A DNA stretch of 64,000 bases from assembly GCA_951406725.2 (NCBI GenBank), contig OX597826.1:22072001-22136000 (forward strand). Direction: 5' to 3'. This DNA comes from Octopus vulgaris (lineage: Eukaryota). Below are positions 39,747 through 53,800 of this stretch, piece after piece; positions within the stretch are counted from its first letter, which is position 1; the number at the start of each line of letters is the position of its first letter. The translations under genes were made by a program, and so were the position numbers. The notes under the pieces were generated by a model that did not search any database, had not been told where the DNA came from, and saw nothing but the letters and a program-made list of their open reading frames with translations.

Positions 39747-39853
39747 CGAATCTTCATTGAAAGTGTCGCATGTTTCAAGATAACTACAGAATTAAGGGGA
39801 TGAAGATCAATAACATTCTGATAATCACTTATTGCTGCTTGAATGTATCCCCC
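39747..39853 (-). CDS. TTC6: TTC6-like exon (TPR)
   Basis: ccAG/GTAAG; GGYIQAAISDYQNVIDLHPLNSVVILKHATLSMKI. Confidence 0.88.
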
Positions 39854-40906
39854 CTGGAATATATTAGAGAAATGCCAGAGAGAAATATAAGAAATGTCTT
39901 GTTTCATTGATATACTTCAGGTAATGTCATGCAGAAGATTTCTAAAATGAATGATATAGTGCTATACATAGTTACCACTGACTAGAAATTTTAAGATCTT
40001 TGTAATGAGTAGAGGGGGTGGGGGGAGGTGTGTATTCTATCTTCTTCTTGATTTCAAATTCAAGCATCTAGTCCTGCTAGATCACTAAAGAAATGATTAT
40101 CTCTCTTGTATTAACTGCCTGCTTGGGGACACCACATGTTATGGGACAATATCATAGAAGGATATTTTGGGGGAATATTAGAAATTTTGTTGAGAGAAAT
40201 ATTTAAAAAATAATGTAAAACAATTGCTATGTGGTAAACTATCAAATAAACAGGTTTTTATTAGAATAACCATTACAGATTGTATTTATAGGGTATACAC
40301 TGTGTAGTATTTGACCTGTCAATGGCCTCTGTTTTTCAGAATATTCTAAGGTTTAATCACTATTTCTATAAAAAGAATATTTCAAGAATTATAAGAAAAA
40401 TAACAAACAAAAACATCTTTCACAATAGAACAATCACGAAGAAGTTACAAAAAGTTTTTGATTCCAAATTCATTGTAAGAATTTTTAAGGATATTGCAAC
40501 TATCATAGACTTAGTTATATGAAATATCAGTAACCAGTAGAAATTCTTAAAAATTGCAGCTACTATAAAATATATCTTGTATAGCCTCATTCAATCCTTT
40601 GACAACACATGATAGAAATCCATCTCAACTGATGTGCAGTGAGCAGTCAGTACCATGTTGTATAAAATATCACACCAACAAAACGATACTTACCATATTC
40701 CAAGACTGAAATCATCATCATCGTTTAACGTCTATTTTCCATGCTAGCATGGGTTGGACTGAAATGACTGCCAGTTTACAAAGTGTTCCTCTCTAAAGCT
40801 ATGCCTGACTCCTGTATTAAATATTCTATAACATATGAACCAAAACTAAAATATTCATACAAAATATTATCAATCAGTTGGAAAGCATTCTTGTTTGATT
40901 CCTTAC

Positions 40907-41027
40907 CATTTGGTAGAGTTGTGCTCTATAAAGGTAAGCCAGGTCATCAGCAGGGTTACATTGGATGGCATTGGAGAAATTGTCAATTGAGTTTGCTGGT
41001 TCCTCTAGTTTAGCATAAACTAAACCC
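40907..41027 (-). CDS. TTC6: TTC6-like exon (TPR)
   Basis: ctAG/GTAAG; GLVYAKLEEPANSIDNFSNAIQCNPADDLAYLYRAQLYQM. Confidence 0.9.
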
Positions 41028-42221
41028 CTAGAATGAAATTTATAAAATTAAGTTACTAATACAATAAAAAAAACTTGGATGCATGTTTTACATCATTTTA
41101 TTATTTCTTTACTTAATTATGAATCAAACTTAATTTGATTATGAGATGAGTACATATTGTGAAGTAAGTAGGCGATATAGCATTTTTTTTATAAGGCGGT
41201 GCTCCAGCATGGCCACAGTCATATGACTGAAACAAGTAAAAGAATAAAAGAAAAAGAAAAGAATAAGTAACCTCATCTTTAGAAGTGGAGACATTTTCAA
41301 TATCTACGTCCACACTATATTGGTGGCCTGATAGATAACATTATTAAAAATTATCTTTAGTTTAGAAATAAAGGTTTCTGGTTCAAGACTGACTTCATGA
41401 TGTTGCATCTCACAGAAGACTGAGTTGATTGGAAATACGCTTGAGTGGAGAATACGTGACCCTCATGCAAGCATGGTTGAATACATGTTAAAAATAGGGG
41501 TTGTGACAGAATCTGGTATCTGCATATGTATGGATATGTGTATGTGTACATGCATATGTGAGTGTGTGTGTTTGTGTCTCCTGTCAAGTTTACATTTATT
41601 GCCTCTGTACACTTTTGACTTCCTCACATGCCCCCCACCACTCACTTCCTTGTTACTTGCTCTGCCAATTTCACAGATGCTACAGAAACTGCTCATCACT
41701 TTACCTCTCTTGCCCATCATAAGGATTATGGATGACACCTGTTTTCAATCAGTACACTTTATCTTCATCTCTTTTTGTATTGCCAATCATCACACACTCG
41801 ACCCTGGGTCACCCATCCCTGTCTGTCTGTCTGTCTCTTGTCACCCCAATCAGTTTATACCCTTATTCTCCCTTCACCCACCACCCATTCTAGCTCTCCT
41901 TTTACTATTGCTCTCCCTTTCATATTCACTCCAATAGAAATACCCATCTTCGAAGGGTTAAGTACTCATTCTTCTTACAGTGTACAAGGCAATCGTTTGT
42001 GACAATACACCAATAAAATGCACTCAGTGAACTCTGCAAAGAGGTTGGTGAATGAGTGAAGAAAGCAGAAGGTCAGAGTCCACATAAACTTCAACTATTC
42101 AAGAGAGAGATATATCACATCAATTTCATTGGTGTTGGAGACCCACAAAGGAGCCAGGAACACAACCTCTTCCTTCAAACTAATGTGATGAAAATTAATA
42201 AAAGTGCAAACCAAAACTCAC

Positions 42222-42365
42222 AAAGCCATGTATAATTCATAGGATATTCTTTCTTCTGCAATAACTTTTAGATCATCCAACGCAAGTAAATACGAGGCTT
42301 TATAAATATAGATCAAATGACGATGCCAATATGCTTTCATATACCCGGGATCTTCTTTGATGACC
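42222..42365 (-). CDS. TTC6: TTC6-like exon
   Basis: ttAG/GTGAG; VIKEDPGYMKAYWHRHLIYIYKASYLLALDDLK; the AYWHRHLIY...ALDDL motif is recognised from TTC6. Confidence 0.9.
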
Positions 42366-42477
42366 CTAAATTTAATGTAAAACAGAGATGCAATTAATAT
42401 CTATGTTCAGTTTGAAACATAAGAAAGCAGTGGGTTAGTAGAATGGTAAAAGTTAGGCGGTGTTAGAAGTTAGAATG

Positions 42478-44555
42478 GTAGTTATTTTATATATTGACAC
42501 TTAAACGAGTATCTCTTACATGAATATTGATACTTAGAAATGTATGTCTTACATGAATAGAGGGTGTTTGTGCCTGTGTATACAGTATGTGTGTTCTAGG
42601 ATCGTGTTACATTACAGATAGGCAGTATTGTAATTCTTAAAACATGTGCATCCCATCCCCCAACACTCCTTGATAAACAAACTGCATTTAAAGATGGCCA
42701 CCACCACCCTATCAAAAAAAGAAGAGATTGGGTAGATTTAACCTGAAAAATAAATATTTGGTTAGAACATTGGGCAAAATGCAGTGTTTAGATATGAATT
42801 TTTATGTTCTGGGTTCAATTCTTGGTCAGAGCCATTTGTCGTTCATCTTTTCAAGGGGGGATATAATGAAGCACTAGTCATGTATTGATATCAATATGTC
42901 TCTCAAAACCTCTAGCCTTATGAACTCAATGAAAGGGAGGATATTCGCAGGACTTGTATAAGTGTATTGAGTTATGATCTTTCACATTTTCAGTTGGAAT
43001 TCTGCGAGACTAACTATGATTTTCATCCTTCCAGAGACAATGTCTTGATTAGAAATCAATATTTACATATAATTACGAATAAATCAATAAAAAATGGAAA
43101 AGAAATTGTAACAAGAAGTGTATTAAGAGCTGGGCTTTACAGTTTAGGAAGTATATTTAGATGTGTTCATATAAGAAGGTTTGAAATGTATAAATGCTTG
43201 TTTTACATAAAGGCAACAATAAATATCAGAAGCCAATGTTTTTGGCTAACAAACATAATTTATTCCTTGTTCACACATGAAGTAGCTGGCACAACAGAGA
43301 TAAGCGTACAAGACAACTGGGTGTAGGAGACACGAGTTAATTCCTTAATACACATCAGGGTAGTTAGCTCATTCCAAAAGACTGCCAAGTTGAAAAATAA
43401 AGTTGTCGTCTTTGAGTTGGTGGAATCTGTAGAGCACCCAGCAAAATGCCTTGTGGCATTTACTTATGTTGCTTTGAGGTAAACTTTGCTTTTCTTCCTT
43501 CCAGGCTTGAGTAGGTATCTGTTATGTACTGGGTTCAATATAATACAGTAGATCTGTACCTATGTTACAAATTGCTGTTATATTATTAGTTATGCACTGG
43601 GGTTGATGTAATTGACTTAATTCCTTCCCCAAAAAATTCAGGCCTTGCACCTACAGTAGAAAAGACCCCCACCACTATTATTATTATCATTATTATTATC
43701 ATCCATTGCTTAACATCCTCCTTTCATGCTGGCATGGGTTGGATGGTTTGACAGGAGCTGGCCAGGCCAGAGGGCTGCATCATATTTCTGTGTCTGTTTT
43801 TGGCTTTTACAGCTGGATGACCTTTACTCTGGGGGGAGTGGACTGAGTACTTTCTACGTGATATCTATTGTTGTTGTTTAACCCCAGGTCAGCCCTGATC
43901 TAGCAGAACTATGTTCAAAAAGATGTTCCAACCATGACAATCCCACTTGTTATTCACACATAAGACTATATTATCTGATGTATAGTATAGTAGTTTGTAT
44001 TAATAGCTATAATTGTTGTTTGACCCCAGGTCAACTAACATCCAGCAGACCAATAATCAAAGGTATTTGAACTGTGGTTATTTCATCATAGTTTTCAGTC
44101 ATAGTATAGCTAAGAATACATTATCAAATGTGTCCTTCCATTTCTTAAGACTGAGTGCAAGTTGAGGCAGATTTAGCAACTATATCTAGCAATATATTCG
44201 TGGCTGCAGAAGTCTCTGCATTAACCAAATATTTGTTTATTTTTCAGCCAATTTCTTCATTTTGGATAGGTTGGTGGTGGCTGTCTTTATCAAGGAGTGT
44301 GAGGGTGGGGGACATACACATCATCATTATCATCAGCTCTAAAATGCTCAGTTAGCACATGCTTTAAGAATTACAATACTGTCTAAGAATTACAATACTG
44401 TCTAAGAATTACAATACTGTAACGTAACATGAACCTAGAACACACATACTGTTTACACAGGCACAAACACCCTCTATTCATGTAAGACATACATTTCTAA
44501 GTATCAATATTCATGTAAGAGATACATGTTTAAGTATCAGTGTATAAAATAACCT
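42478..44555. repeat. Inverted repeat pair of about 300 bp (42478-42765 / 44220-44555)
   Basis: cttacatgaatagagggtgtttgtgcctgtgta mirrors tacacaggcacaaacaccctctattcatgtaag; similarity continues with indels; right arm has a 19-bp triplication. Confidence 0.85.
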
Positions 44556-45051
44556 CTACCAGTGTTGTCACCATCCTGATCAAGGTTGTTTTAATACCTG
44601 CATGGGTCAGGTAAGACTTCACTGGAACAGAATTTTCTATTACTGGATACCTCATCTGTTGCCAACCCTCATTTATTGCCAAGACAAGATAATAATTGCC
44701 CACACCTATTAAACAACAATCCAGTCATACTTTCATAAAAGACTTCAAACAAATGACATCATTTGTAAATACAGCGAAGCCCTGTTTACACTCTGCAATC
44801 CCATATCAAAACAAAGGCAGCACACACACAAGCAACAAGTTTTTACTTTCTTTCTGCCAAGTTTCCTTCTCAAAGTAATGGTCAATCCTTGGTTATAGCA
44901 GAGAACACCAGCTCTCAGTGGAACTGATTGTGTGGTTCCAAAGTGAAGTTCTTAACCCCACATAGCCCCATGCCTGTACCTACATGCATTAAAAAAGAAA
45001 ATCGTAATTTACACCTTTTTAAGTAACAAGACAAAACACCTGACAACCTAC

Positions 45052-45089
45052 CAGTTAAGATCTTCAAGAGATGCTTCAAAGTCTCCAGT
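45052..45089 (-). CDS. TTC6: TTC6-like 38-bp exon
   Basis: tAG/GTAGG; TGDFEASLEDLN completes a TPR helix B; phase 0-2. Confidence 0.8.
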
Positions 45090-46003
45090 CTATAAAATTA
45101 AACAATTTCACATTATTTTATTGGAAATGTCATGGAACAACAGCAAATTTCATAAATTAATTATAATGGTTTCTGTTCCTATGAACTGCCAAACCTAATC
45201 TCTGCAACTCATCAAAAAATTTGCAGAAATCCTTCTTTTCTAGAGTAGGAGATCCCTTCCTACCCTCTCAATAGACATTATTAAGCAGACACCTCATATT
45301 GACCTCATATATATGGAGCCAATGAGCAAACTTTTATACCTTGCTAAATAGAATAATGAAACCACACAATACCATCTTTAAAAAGAAGGATATGTGTGTT
45401 TCAACACAATCCCTGATGTACAAAAAAGACGGGATGGTCATTTGTGAAATTGCTGACTTAGTGTCAGGTCAGTCTTGACTGAGCTGTGACAGCCAAAAAT
45501 TTTACAAATGGGAAAAGTCTTGTAAAGTCTTTGGACCCTTTCTTAGATTAAATAATAAAATAAAACAATTTCACAACTTATTTTTCCATTGATTACCATG
45601 TTAGATGGAAGTGAGTGGGAAATACATTTCACATTAAAAAAAACCCTTATGTTAAAAAAATGATTTTAGTGTGCCTAAAACTTCAGTAATAGAGAGAATG
45701 CCCATACAAAACAAACCCTGATGATTATCAATTAGCATCTACATGAATCCACATAATCCTTACTGAGGGGTAAATATAATGTACAATGGTAAAATATGCT
45801 TCACTGAAGTGGTCTAATAAGACTGAAACATGTCAATATATGCAATTCAGCCTGACTATTTTAGCTAAGTCCTAGTTTGTGTTTGATTTAAACAGAGATG
45901 GCTATTGAGCCTTCTTTGTTGGTAGAAGGGCAAGAAGTGTTAATTCTCTGAAAATTGCATGCCAGGATAATCTTATTAACCATAGTGTGATATATGTGTA
46001 TAC

Positions 46004-46102
46004 CTTTAAATAAAGGATTCCTCGTTTATAAACGTCGTCTGTAGAAGGTGGAGCACTATGAAGGATCTTTTTACTGAGATATTCAATTTCCTCCATTAGT
46101 GT
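46004..46102 (-). CDS. TTC6: TTC6-like exon
   Basis: ttcAG/GTATA; TLMEEIEYLSKKILHSAPPSTDDVYKRGILYLK (start of a TPR). Confidence 0.85.
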
Positions 46103-46340
46103 CTGAAAGGAAGAAACAAATAGATTATTTACAGATTTATTTCCATAGTTACAAAGTTTTGTGGCATGAAATCAACATATATAATAATAAAAATAACAAC
46201 AGCAGCAAAAACAACAGTTAGTTTGGGAATGAAAAAAAAATTCATGTAAATTCATAACTAAAACCCCTCAACACACACAACATAGCATCACTAAGTACTG
46301 TACGCAATATATATTAATATTATTATTATTATTATTATAT

Positions 46341-46927
46341 TTATGTCGAACAGCTACTGTTGCGTATAGGACGGATCTGGCTATCAGCTGAATCCATAGT
46401 GAGGATTGCCCCGCCGACCTCCTTTAACCGGGAGGGCAAGGCAGTTTTCCTTTGCCTAGTGGCTGTAGCGAAAGAGGTGGTATGGTGGACCCATTTGAAA
46501 GGGCTAAGGTCAGACACTTTCCTCTTTGGCCCAGGCCTCATCAACTTTTTCAAGTTTCACTTGAAAAGGAAGGTGAGAGTAGAGAGGGAAGTGCTGTCTG
46601 ATAGCAAGTTTACTGAAAGGTGGATAAATGTCGCATTAATGGCCAGTATGAAAGGAGCCATTCTGAAGATACACCTGTAATTAAAAAGGTAATATAAAAG
46701 GAGAAAGGGGCTCGCTACCCCCCTTTTGACCAGGCTCCCGTGGCTTTTATTGGTTTTTCCACCAGGAACCTTTCAAAGCACCTCCCCCTATTGGGAGTTT
46801 TTCATTGTTATAATTTTTCGTTGTTACACTGTTTTTTACACGGATTTTTCACAAATGGACAAAACCCTGTATTTTGTCCCTTTATGTTATAATTAATTTT
46901 TGTCAGCCCTTGTGGCCAATAAAAGAA
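46341..46927 (+). mobile_element. 3' end of an L1/Tx1-like LINE in an (ATT)n tract
   Basis: ORF 46360-46680 with AVAKEVVWWT..K and F..RW pattern typical of Tx1 ORF2 ends; T-rich 3' UTR ending ccaataaaagaa. Confidence 0.65.
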
Positions 46928-47579
46928 TTAATTATTATTATTATATGAAACACCTTTGCACCTGTAGTACCACTAGACTCTGTACATGTTACACACAATA
47001 CCTCAGAATTTAAATATACAACATAGCATCACTAGACACTGTACATTATATATTATGTAGAATGTTGGCAATACAATATAAAATGAAAAACCAAAATAAA
47101 ATGGTGCAATTTGTTGTGCAGTGAAAATAAGAAGAGGTCTATCTAGAATTTATTTTGTATGATTTGTAGCCTTTTATGAAGGAAACTCGACTATGGACTG
47201 AAAGAAAAAATAATTTGTATTTGTTGTCATGGTGTCATCAGCAGTGATGGCTCACCATTAAAAAAATATCAATTTTCTAACTTTAATCAGTGCATCCAGA
47301 AATCTTGGAGGCACCACAAAGGATCACAAATACTTTCCTGGTTCCTTGATTTGTGTTTAAGTGCAAACTTTTTAACAAAACTGATAACAATGTTAAGTAA
47401 ATAAAGAAATCAAAACCGTTAATATGAAAGACATTTTGATAAGGTCAGTTGTAATGAGAAGTGAAGAACGTACTAATAGCAAGTGAGCATTGATGCCTTT
47501 TTTTATCGACTTGTTGGCACTAAGCATCAGCTGCTCCTTTAGGTTTCAGATTACAACCAGAGTAAATTTTTAAACCTAC

Positions 47580-47661
47580 CTGGTAATCAGTTATGTTAAA
47601 CTCAATGCTGATGGCTGACTTGAGGAAATCATCAAAAGAAATATCAGATGCAATTTTAGGG
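47580..47661 (-). CDS. TTC6: TTC6-like exon
   Basis: ttttAG/GTAGG; PKIASDISFDDFLKSAISIEFNITDYQ; phase 2-0 bridges neighbours. Confidence 0.72.
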
Positions 47662-49169
47662 CTAAAATGAAAATTAAATAAGTAAAAACAGTTATAAAAT
47701 ATACATAAATCTAATATAAATTAAAGTGGTAAAAAATGTTAATATCTGAAATAAACATGTAGAGAATTAAAAAAATTTTTCCCCAGACATCACCATTAAT
47801 AAACTGATATTTCCATATGTTATCCTACTTCATCAGTAATCTCATTGATAAATGTTTCATTGAATTTCTAAATTTTTATAAATCATTCGTTTTAATTGTC
47901 TGTTGAAGAGATTTATTTACGAAGAAGATTTAAAGAGGGTATCTCTATGTGGCTGCCCAACTTGCTAGAAATATTAATCAAAAAACCACAATGGCAAGAA
48001 CTAGTTTTTCTGGAATGCCATAATCTCAAAGGATCTTTAACATTTTGTAACAGTGGATGCTGTCAAACACTTTGCTGAAGTCCACAAAGGTTATAATGGC
48101 AGGTAGCTGTCTTTATTTAACTCCTTCTATGATACACCTCAGGGTTAAGATCTGAGATGTTGTGGCTCTCACCTGTTCTAAATCCATTTTGATTTCATCT
48201 CAGATGGCTCTAAAGCAACAGTTGAATCCTGTTGAGGATCATTTGGTTGATAATTTTGAGTGAGATATTGGACAATGCAATTCCTCTGTAGTTGGTTTCA
48301 TTGCTCAGGTTTCCTGACTTTGAGATTAGTATCAAATCAATCCCAGACCACTGATCACCAAGTATCATGTTGTGAGGCTGGTATTGAATGAATTACATTA
48401 GCAAGATTGTTGTAATGTTCTTCTGGGAACAATGCCTGTTGTAGCAAGGTTTCCACTGAAGTTTGCAGTCAAGATTCTGTTATTGACACGTGTGATGCTG
48501 TTGAGTGCCATTTTACCATTCTTATCAAGGATGATGCTGACACTACTGCCTGTAGCACTGCTCTCATTCCTCCAGGCTAATGTTCTGATTAGCTGACATT
48601 TTTCTGAATTTACTCCAGCTCATCTTTATGCATTATTCCACTCTAACATTCCTAACCATTCACAGCTTAGACACCAAATGCCAAACTCACAAACTTCAAG
48701 AACAAAGACCTTCAAAGCATTCTCCAATGGGGATATATCAAACTTGTCTCTTTTAACAGTAAAAAAGCACAAGAACTATTCATATAAACAAAACATCACC
48801 CTGACTCTTAATCATGAACTATAGTCAGCAAGAGTCATTAAAAATCACTTATTAATGGGCCTCACTATCATCAAAGATCTCTTCTGGCAAAGCACATAAC
48901 ACAGCCATGACCACATTCCAACCACTGACATTTTACTTCAGGGCCATAAGATATTTCATCCCTTATTGATAGTCTACAAAGCTTTGGTGGAGCCTGCAAT
49001 GAAGAACAGGTTTCACATATGGGGCAGTACTACTGCTGCTGCACTCACAGACATCCTAGGCCACATCCAGAAAAGGGCCACCTGACTGATTAGCATGAAG
49101 TCACTCACAAATGTACTCTGCTTCTGGCCACAGAACTTGCATGAAAGTGCAAAGACTTCATGAACATTG

Positions 49170-49521
49170 TGTAGAGGCATCATTGGTAACAGGCTCCAAC
49201 AGAGGTCATAGAGTTCTAATTCCCAGAATTAAACTTAGCCCAAGTGATGCAAATATTCCATACACATTAAACTGACTTCAGTTTCCACTTCAACTTGCAT
49301 ATTCAATGACAATTAATAAGGCTCAAGGGTGAACATTTGAAAAAGTTGGAATACATTTGCCTCAACTGGTATTTTCTCATGGCCAATTATATGTCGCATT
49401 TTCAAGAGCATGAGCTATGAACAATATCAAAGTAAGAGTTATGACATTCAATTGGGATAAAAGACAAGGCCAAAAACGTGGTGTGGCGTACACACAAAAT
49501 ATTGTCTACCATGAAGTACTG
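49170..49521 (+). mobile_element. Second Helitron relic (helicase C-terminus)
   Basis: [62 protein letters not shown] ... YTQNIVYHEVL. Confidence 0.88.
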
Positions 49522-49706
49522 TGAGGAAGACCACCGCACCAGCTAGCATTACCACCACACCAGCCGCTCCATTGTTACACATCCACATTACACCTTTAAG
49601 ATCGAGGAACCAGTTAGAGGCTTGCTGGATCTCTCTCGGCATACCAGCAAACCACAAAATCACACCAGTCAGTATCCCCACTACCTTCAAGACCGTCATA
49701 TATATA

Positions 49707-50049
49707 TGTAGTGACGTCATTTCCCAGTGTGCGTGTGCGGAACATCATTCTTCAGTGTGCGTGTGCGGGGCTGGAATCTTCTGGAAAGGCCTAAGGAAGT
49801 TCCTTCGTGCACATGCGCTAGAGACTGGGGAGGAAAATTCTATCGCGTTCCTTGTTAGCGTCATTGACTTGAGATTTGGCTATTGAAGAGAAAGGACGTG
49901 TTAAACGTGTGATCAGCCTATTCTCCTGTCCCAGACGCTATATATATTTTTAAGGTTGCGTTCTTGTTCCTGACTGGTAGTTTCTGGAAACTAAAGAAAG
50001 GAAATTGGTTGCACCCAAACAGTGTAAAGAATCAACCAGTACCATTACA
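49707..50049 (+). repeat. 5' LTR (343 bp)
   Basis: tgtagtgacg...ccattaca; matches the 3' LTR apart from two indels and about 8 substitutions. Confidence 0.95.
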
Positions 50050-50050
50050 G

Positions 50051-50062
50051 TGGTGACCCCGA
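50051..50062 (+). promoter_or_regulatory. Primer binding site, probably tRNA-Trp
   Basis: TGGTGACCCCGA, 1 nt after the LTR, complementary to the 3' end of eukaryotic tRNA-Trp (UCGGGGUCACCA). Confidence 0.8.
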
Positions 50063-50854
50063 GTTCTGGTCATAGACCATAGAACACGCAACTAAGATCT
50101 AGTTTCTACCGAGTCTGAATCAATCAGTCAACCACCATCTCAGCCGCAGTCATCATCATCTTTGCTTCAATTTTATCGTTGTTTTGTCATAGACACAAAG
50201 CGTAGCCAAACATATTATGAAGACGCTATTGTAAACCAACGACAGACATATCATCATAACCAACATCGTCTCCATCTACAAAAATTCAAATGTACACAAG
50301 ATACAGATTCTACTCATGCTGTAGTGTGAAAATCTCACCACGGAAGAACAGTTGCAGTATATATATCTGGAAGAATATCTATATCAAGAGAAAAATATGC
50401 ACAACAAGTGACTCAACTAATCTCAGCTCCGTGACACAAATCTTGTATAGAACTCATTATCGTGTACAACATGAACTGGTAAAATAACTCCATTTAAACA
50501 CAAAATGTTGAGACTTCTCTCATGCTCTGTTGTGTTTGCATAAAGCTTATTTCTGTACATCTGACACACGAAAAAAAAGAAAGAAAAAAAATTTTTTTGT
50601 TTCAGACGCAACGAAGGTTGGTAAAATAAAAAAAAAAAAAAGAATTTTTTATTCTCTGTGCATACAGTACAAAAAGAAAAAACACTTTTTTTTTGGTAAA
50701 ATTTACACATAAAAAAAATTTATTGGTTCAATTGCTGGTCTTGTTTTAATTTCTATTTATTTCTGTTCCTTTTTCCATTTGTGTCAGTTCAACTTTTCGT
50801 TGTCATTTCCCTTTCCTTTGACAGAGTCATCTATTTAAATTTAAAAAGAACAAA

Positions 50855-53800
50855 ATGTCTTTGGCATCATTACCCATTTTCACAGGTGATGCTACACTTT
50901 GGTTTGCACAACTAGAGGCATATTTTTGTGCACATAGTGTTTCTTCTGAGCAGCAGTTGAAAATTCTTTATAGTTGTATGTCTCCTCAACTTGCAACTAC
51001 TGCCAGAGATCTTATTACAGATCCTTGCCCAGATGCCACTCATGCATCTGTTAAATTAGAAATAGAAAAAAGAAACACTAGAAGCAAGGAAAGTCGCTTC
51101 AATGAATTGATGGTGGATGAAGAGTTGGGAGATAGGACTCCTTCTGAATTTTTGTGACGTTTAAGAGTGGTAAAGCTGCTGATGCTCCTCTGCTTGGGAA
51201 AATTTTTTTTGCAAGGTTACCTACCTACATACAAACTGTTTTGGCAACTGCTCGAGTCCAATACAGTGGACCAAATAGCAACCATGGCAGACAAAATGGT
51301 TGAATTTGCCGTGCGACCATCTTCACGTGCTGCATGTGTCTGCTCGGAAACTTCTGCAGCCTCAATTGAGGGACTTTCTAAACAAATAGAAAGTCTCACC
51401 AAAAGGATGAACGTGATGTGTCACGATGGCAAGCGATTTTCAAGATCGCGTAGTCGTAGCCATTCTTTATCTCGTTCCACACAGTCAAAGTCTGAACTGT
51501 GTTGGTATCACTCCAAATTTGGAGAGAAAGCACATAAGTGCATACAGCCATGCACCTATAAAAGATTTCAACTAGCTTCGGAGGAGTTGAGCACGTCAAC
51601 TTCCTCCACATCGTTCGCTAGTTATCATGCATTTTTTGTTAAAGATCTTGTGTTGAAGAAATACTTCATGGTAGACACTGGTTCTTGTAGCATTTGGCCT
51701 CTGCATCTCACAACTGACAAGCCAAAATGATCTAATGTTACTTTGCACGCTATTGACTCGTCACCAATAGCCACATTCGGTCAGATTTCTTTACGCCTCG
51801 ACATAAATCATCGTCGAGATTTTCAGTGGGTTTTTGTCATTGCTGACATTCCGCATCCTATTTTAGGTGCGGATTTTCTAAATAACTTTGATCTATTAGT
51901 AGATGTCAGGCATCGGAGGCTAGTCAACAATTCGACTACACTCTCCATGCCGACCAGAGAATCTACCGATTCAGCTCTTAGCCCGACATTTTTTGTTGCT
52001 ACAGCTGGAGATATTTTTCATTCTCTTTTGGCTTCTTTTCCAGAGCTACTCGATATTACTTTTAAAATGGCAAAACCCGTACACTCGACACTCCATTTCA
52101 TTACAACTATTGGGCCGCCTGTTTTTTCGTGCCCACGGCATCTTGCACCTGACCGTCTTAAAACATCTAGGGCTGAGTTTGAGCATATGCTCCAGCTTGG
52201 TCTGATACGCCCATCCACCAGTCCATGGGCATCACCCCTTCATTTAGTTCGAAAAGGGGATACAGATTTTCACCCGGTGGGAGATTATCGGCATCTAAAT
52301 TCTGTGACAATTCCTGACAGATATCCAATTAGGGTTCTTAATGATTTTTCAGCGAATCTTCATGGCTGTACCATTTTTTCTAAGGTTGACCTCATACGTG
52401 CTTATCATCAAATACCGGTCAACCCAGACGATGTTCCTAAAATGGCAATTACCACTCCTTTTGGTTGTTTTGAATTTCTATACATGAGTTTTGGTTTGCA
52501 GAACGCCACTAGTACGTTCCAACATATTATACATGAAGTTGTTCGTGGACTTGATTTTGTTTTCGCGTATGTCGATGATATCCTCATCGCAAGTGATACG
52601 TATGAAAATCATCTCCAGCACTTGTCTCAGCTTTTTCAGCATCTTCGCGACTATGGTTTTCACATTAATCCAGACAAGTGTGTTTTGGGGCAATCACCTC
52701 TTGATTTTCTCAGTCATTGTATTGATTCGAGTGGAATCAAACCTCTCTCGTCTAAAGTCGATGCAATTCAGCGCATCGCACCACCTTCTTCTTTGCGTCA
52801 ACTTCGCCATTTTTTGGGTATAGTTAATTTCTATCGACGTTTCATAAACTGGTTTGCAGACAAGTTGTTTCTTTTAACGCAGATGCTAAAGGGCAATTCT
52901 AAAACAGACGCCCGTCTTACTCTTTCAGCTGAAGCACTGTCTGCCTTTGAGTTAGTTAAAAAGGAACTAGCTTCAGTTCTTTATCTGTGGATGCATCAGA
53001 TTCTGCAATTGGCACTGTCTTGCAGCACACCGTAGATGGTGAAACTAAACCTTTGGCTTACTTTTCTTGCCAGCTGCAGCCTGCTGAACGCAGATATAGT
53101 ACTTTTGATCGTGAGTTACTAGCGATCTATCTGTCAGTTCGGCATTTTCAGCACCAGCTCGAGGGACGAGAGTTTGTGATTTATACTGATCACAAGCCCC
53201 TTACGTTTGCACTATCTTCTAAAACGAACAAACTCTCCCCTCGTGCTTTCCGTCACCTGGACTATATTTCTCAGTTTACAAGTGACATTCGACATGTGCC
53301 AGGGAAGGAGAACGTTCCAGCTGATGTTCTCTCTAGGCTCCCTGTCAATTCCATTTCCTCTCCTGCAGCAATTGACTTAACTGCTATTTCGCAGGATCAA
53401 CCACCTTTAGCGGAGTTGAATTTAACTTCGCCCAAGTTTATCAATTGTAAGTTTGCCTACCGTCCGCTCTCTTCAGCAGAAGGCTCTAGTCTTTGTGACG
53501 TCTCCACCGGTTCTCCTAGGCCGTTAGTACCTGAGAAACATCAACGTTCTGTTTTTGATGCTCTTCATTCATTGTCACATCCGGGTATCTCTGCCACAGT
53601 AAAGCTTGTTACTGCTCGGTTCTTCTGGCCCAATATGCGACGATCAATTACCTCTTGGGCACACTCTTGTTTGAGGTGCCAGAGTGCTAAAGTCTATAGA
53701 CACGTTCGTGCTCCACTTGGACAGTTTTCTTCTCCTGAGGCCCGTTTTCGCCATGTCCACCTTGATTTGGTTGGACCATGGCCTGTGAGTCGCAGTTTCT

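Noticed and set aside
44365-44421. 19-bp direct repeats resembling a CRISPR array
   Set aside because: Tandem with no spacers, in eukaryotic intron
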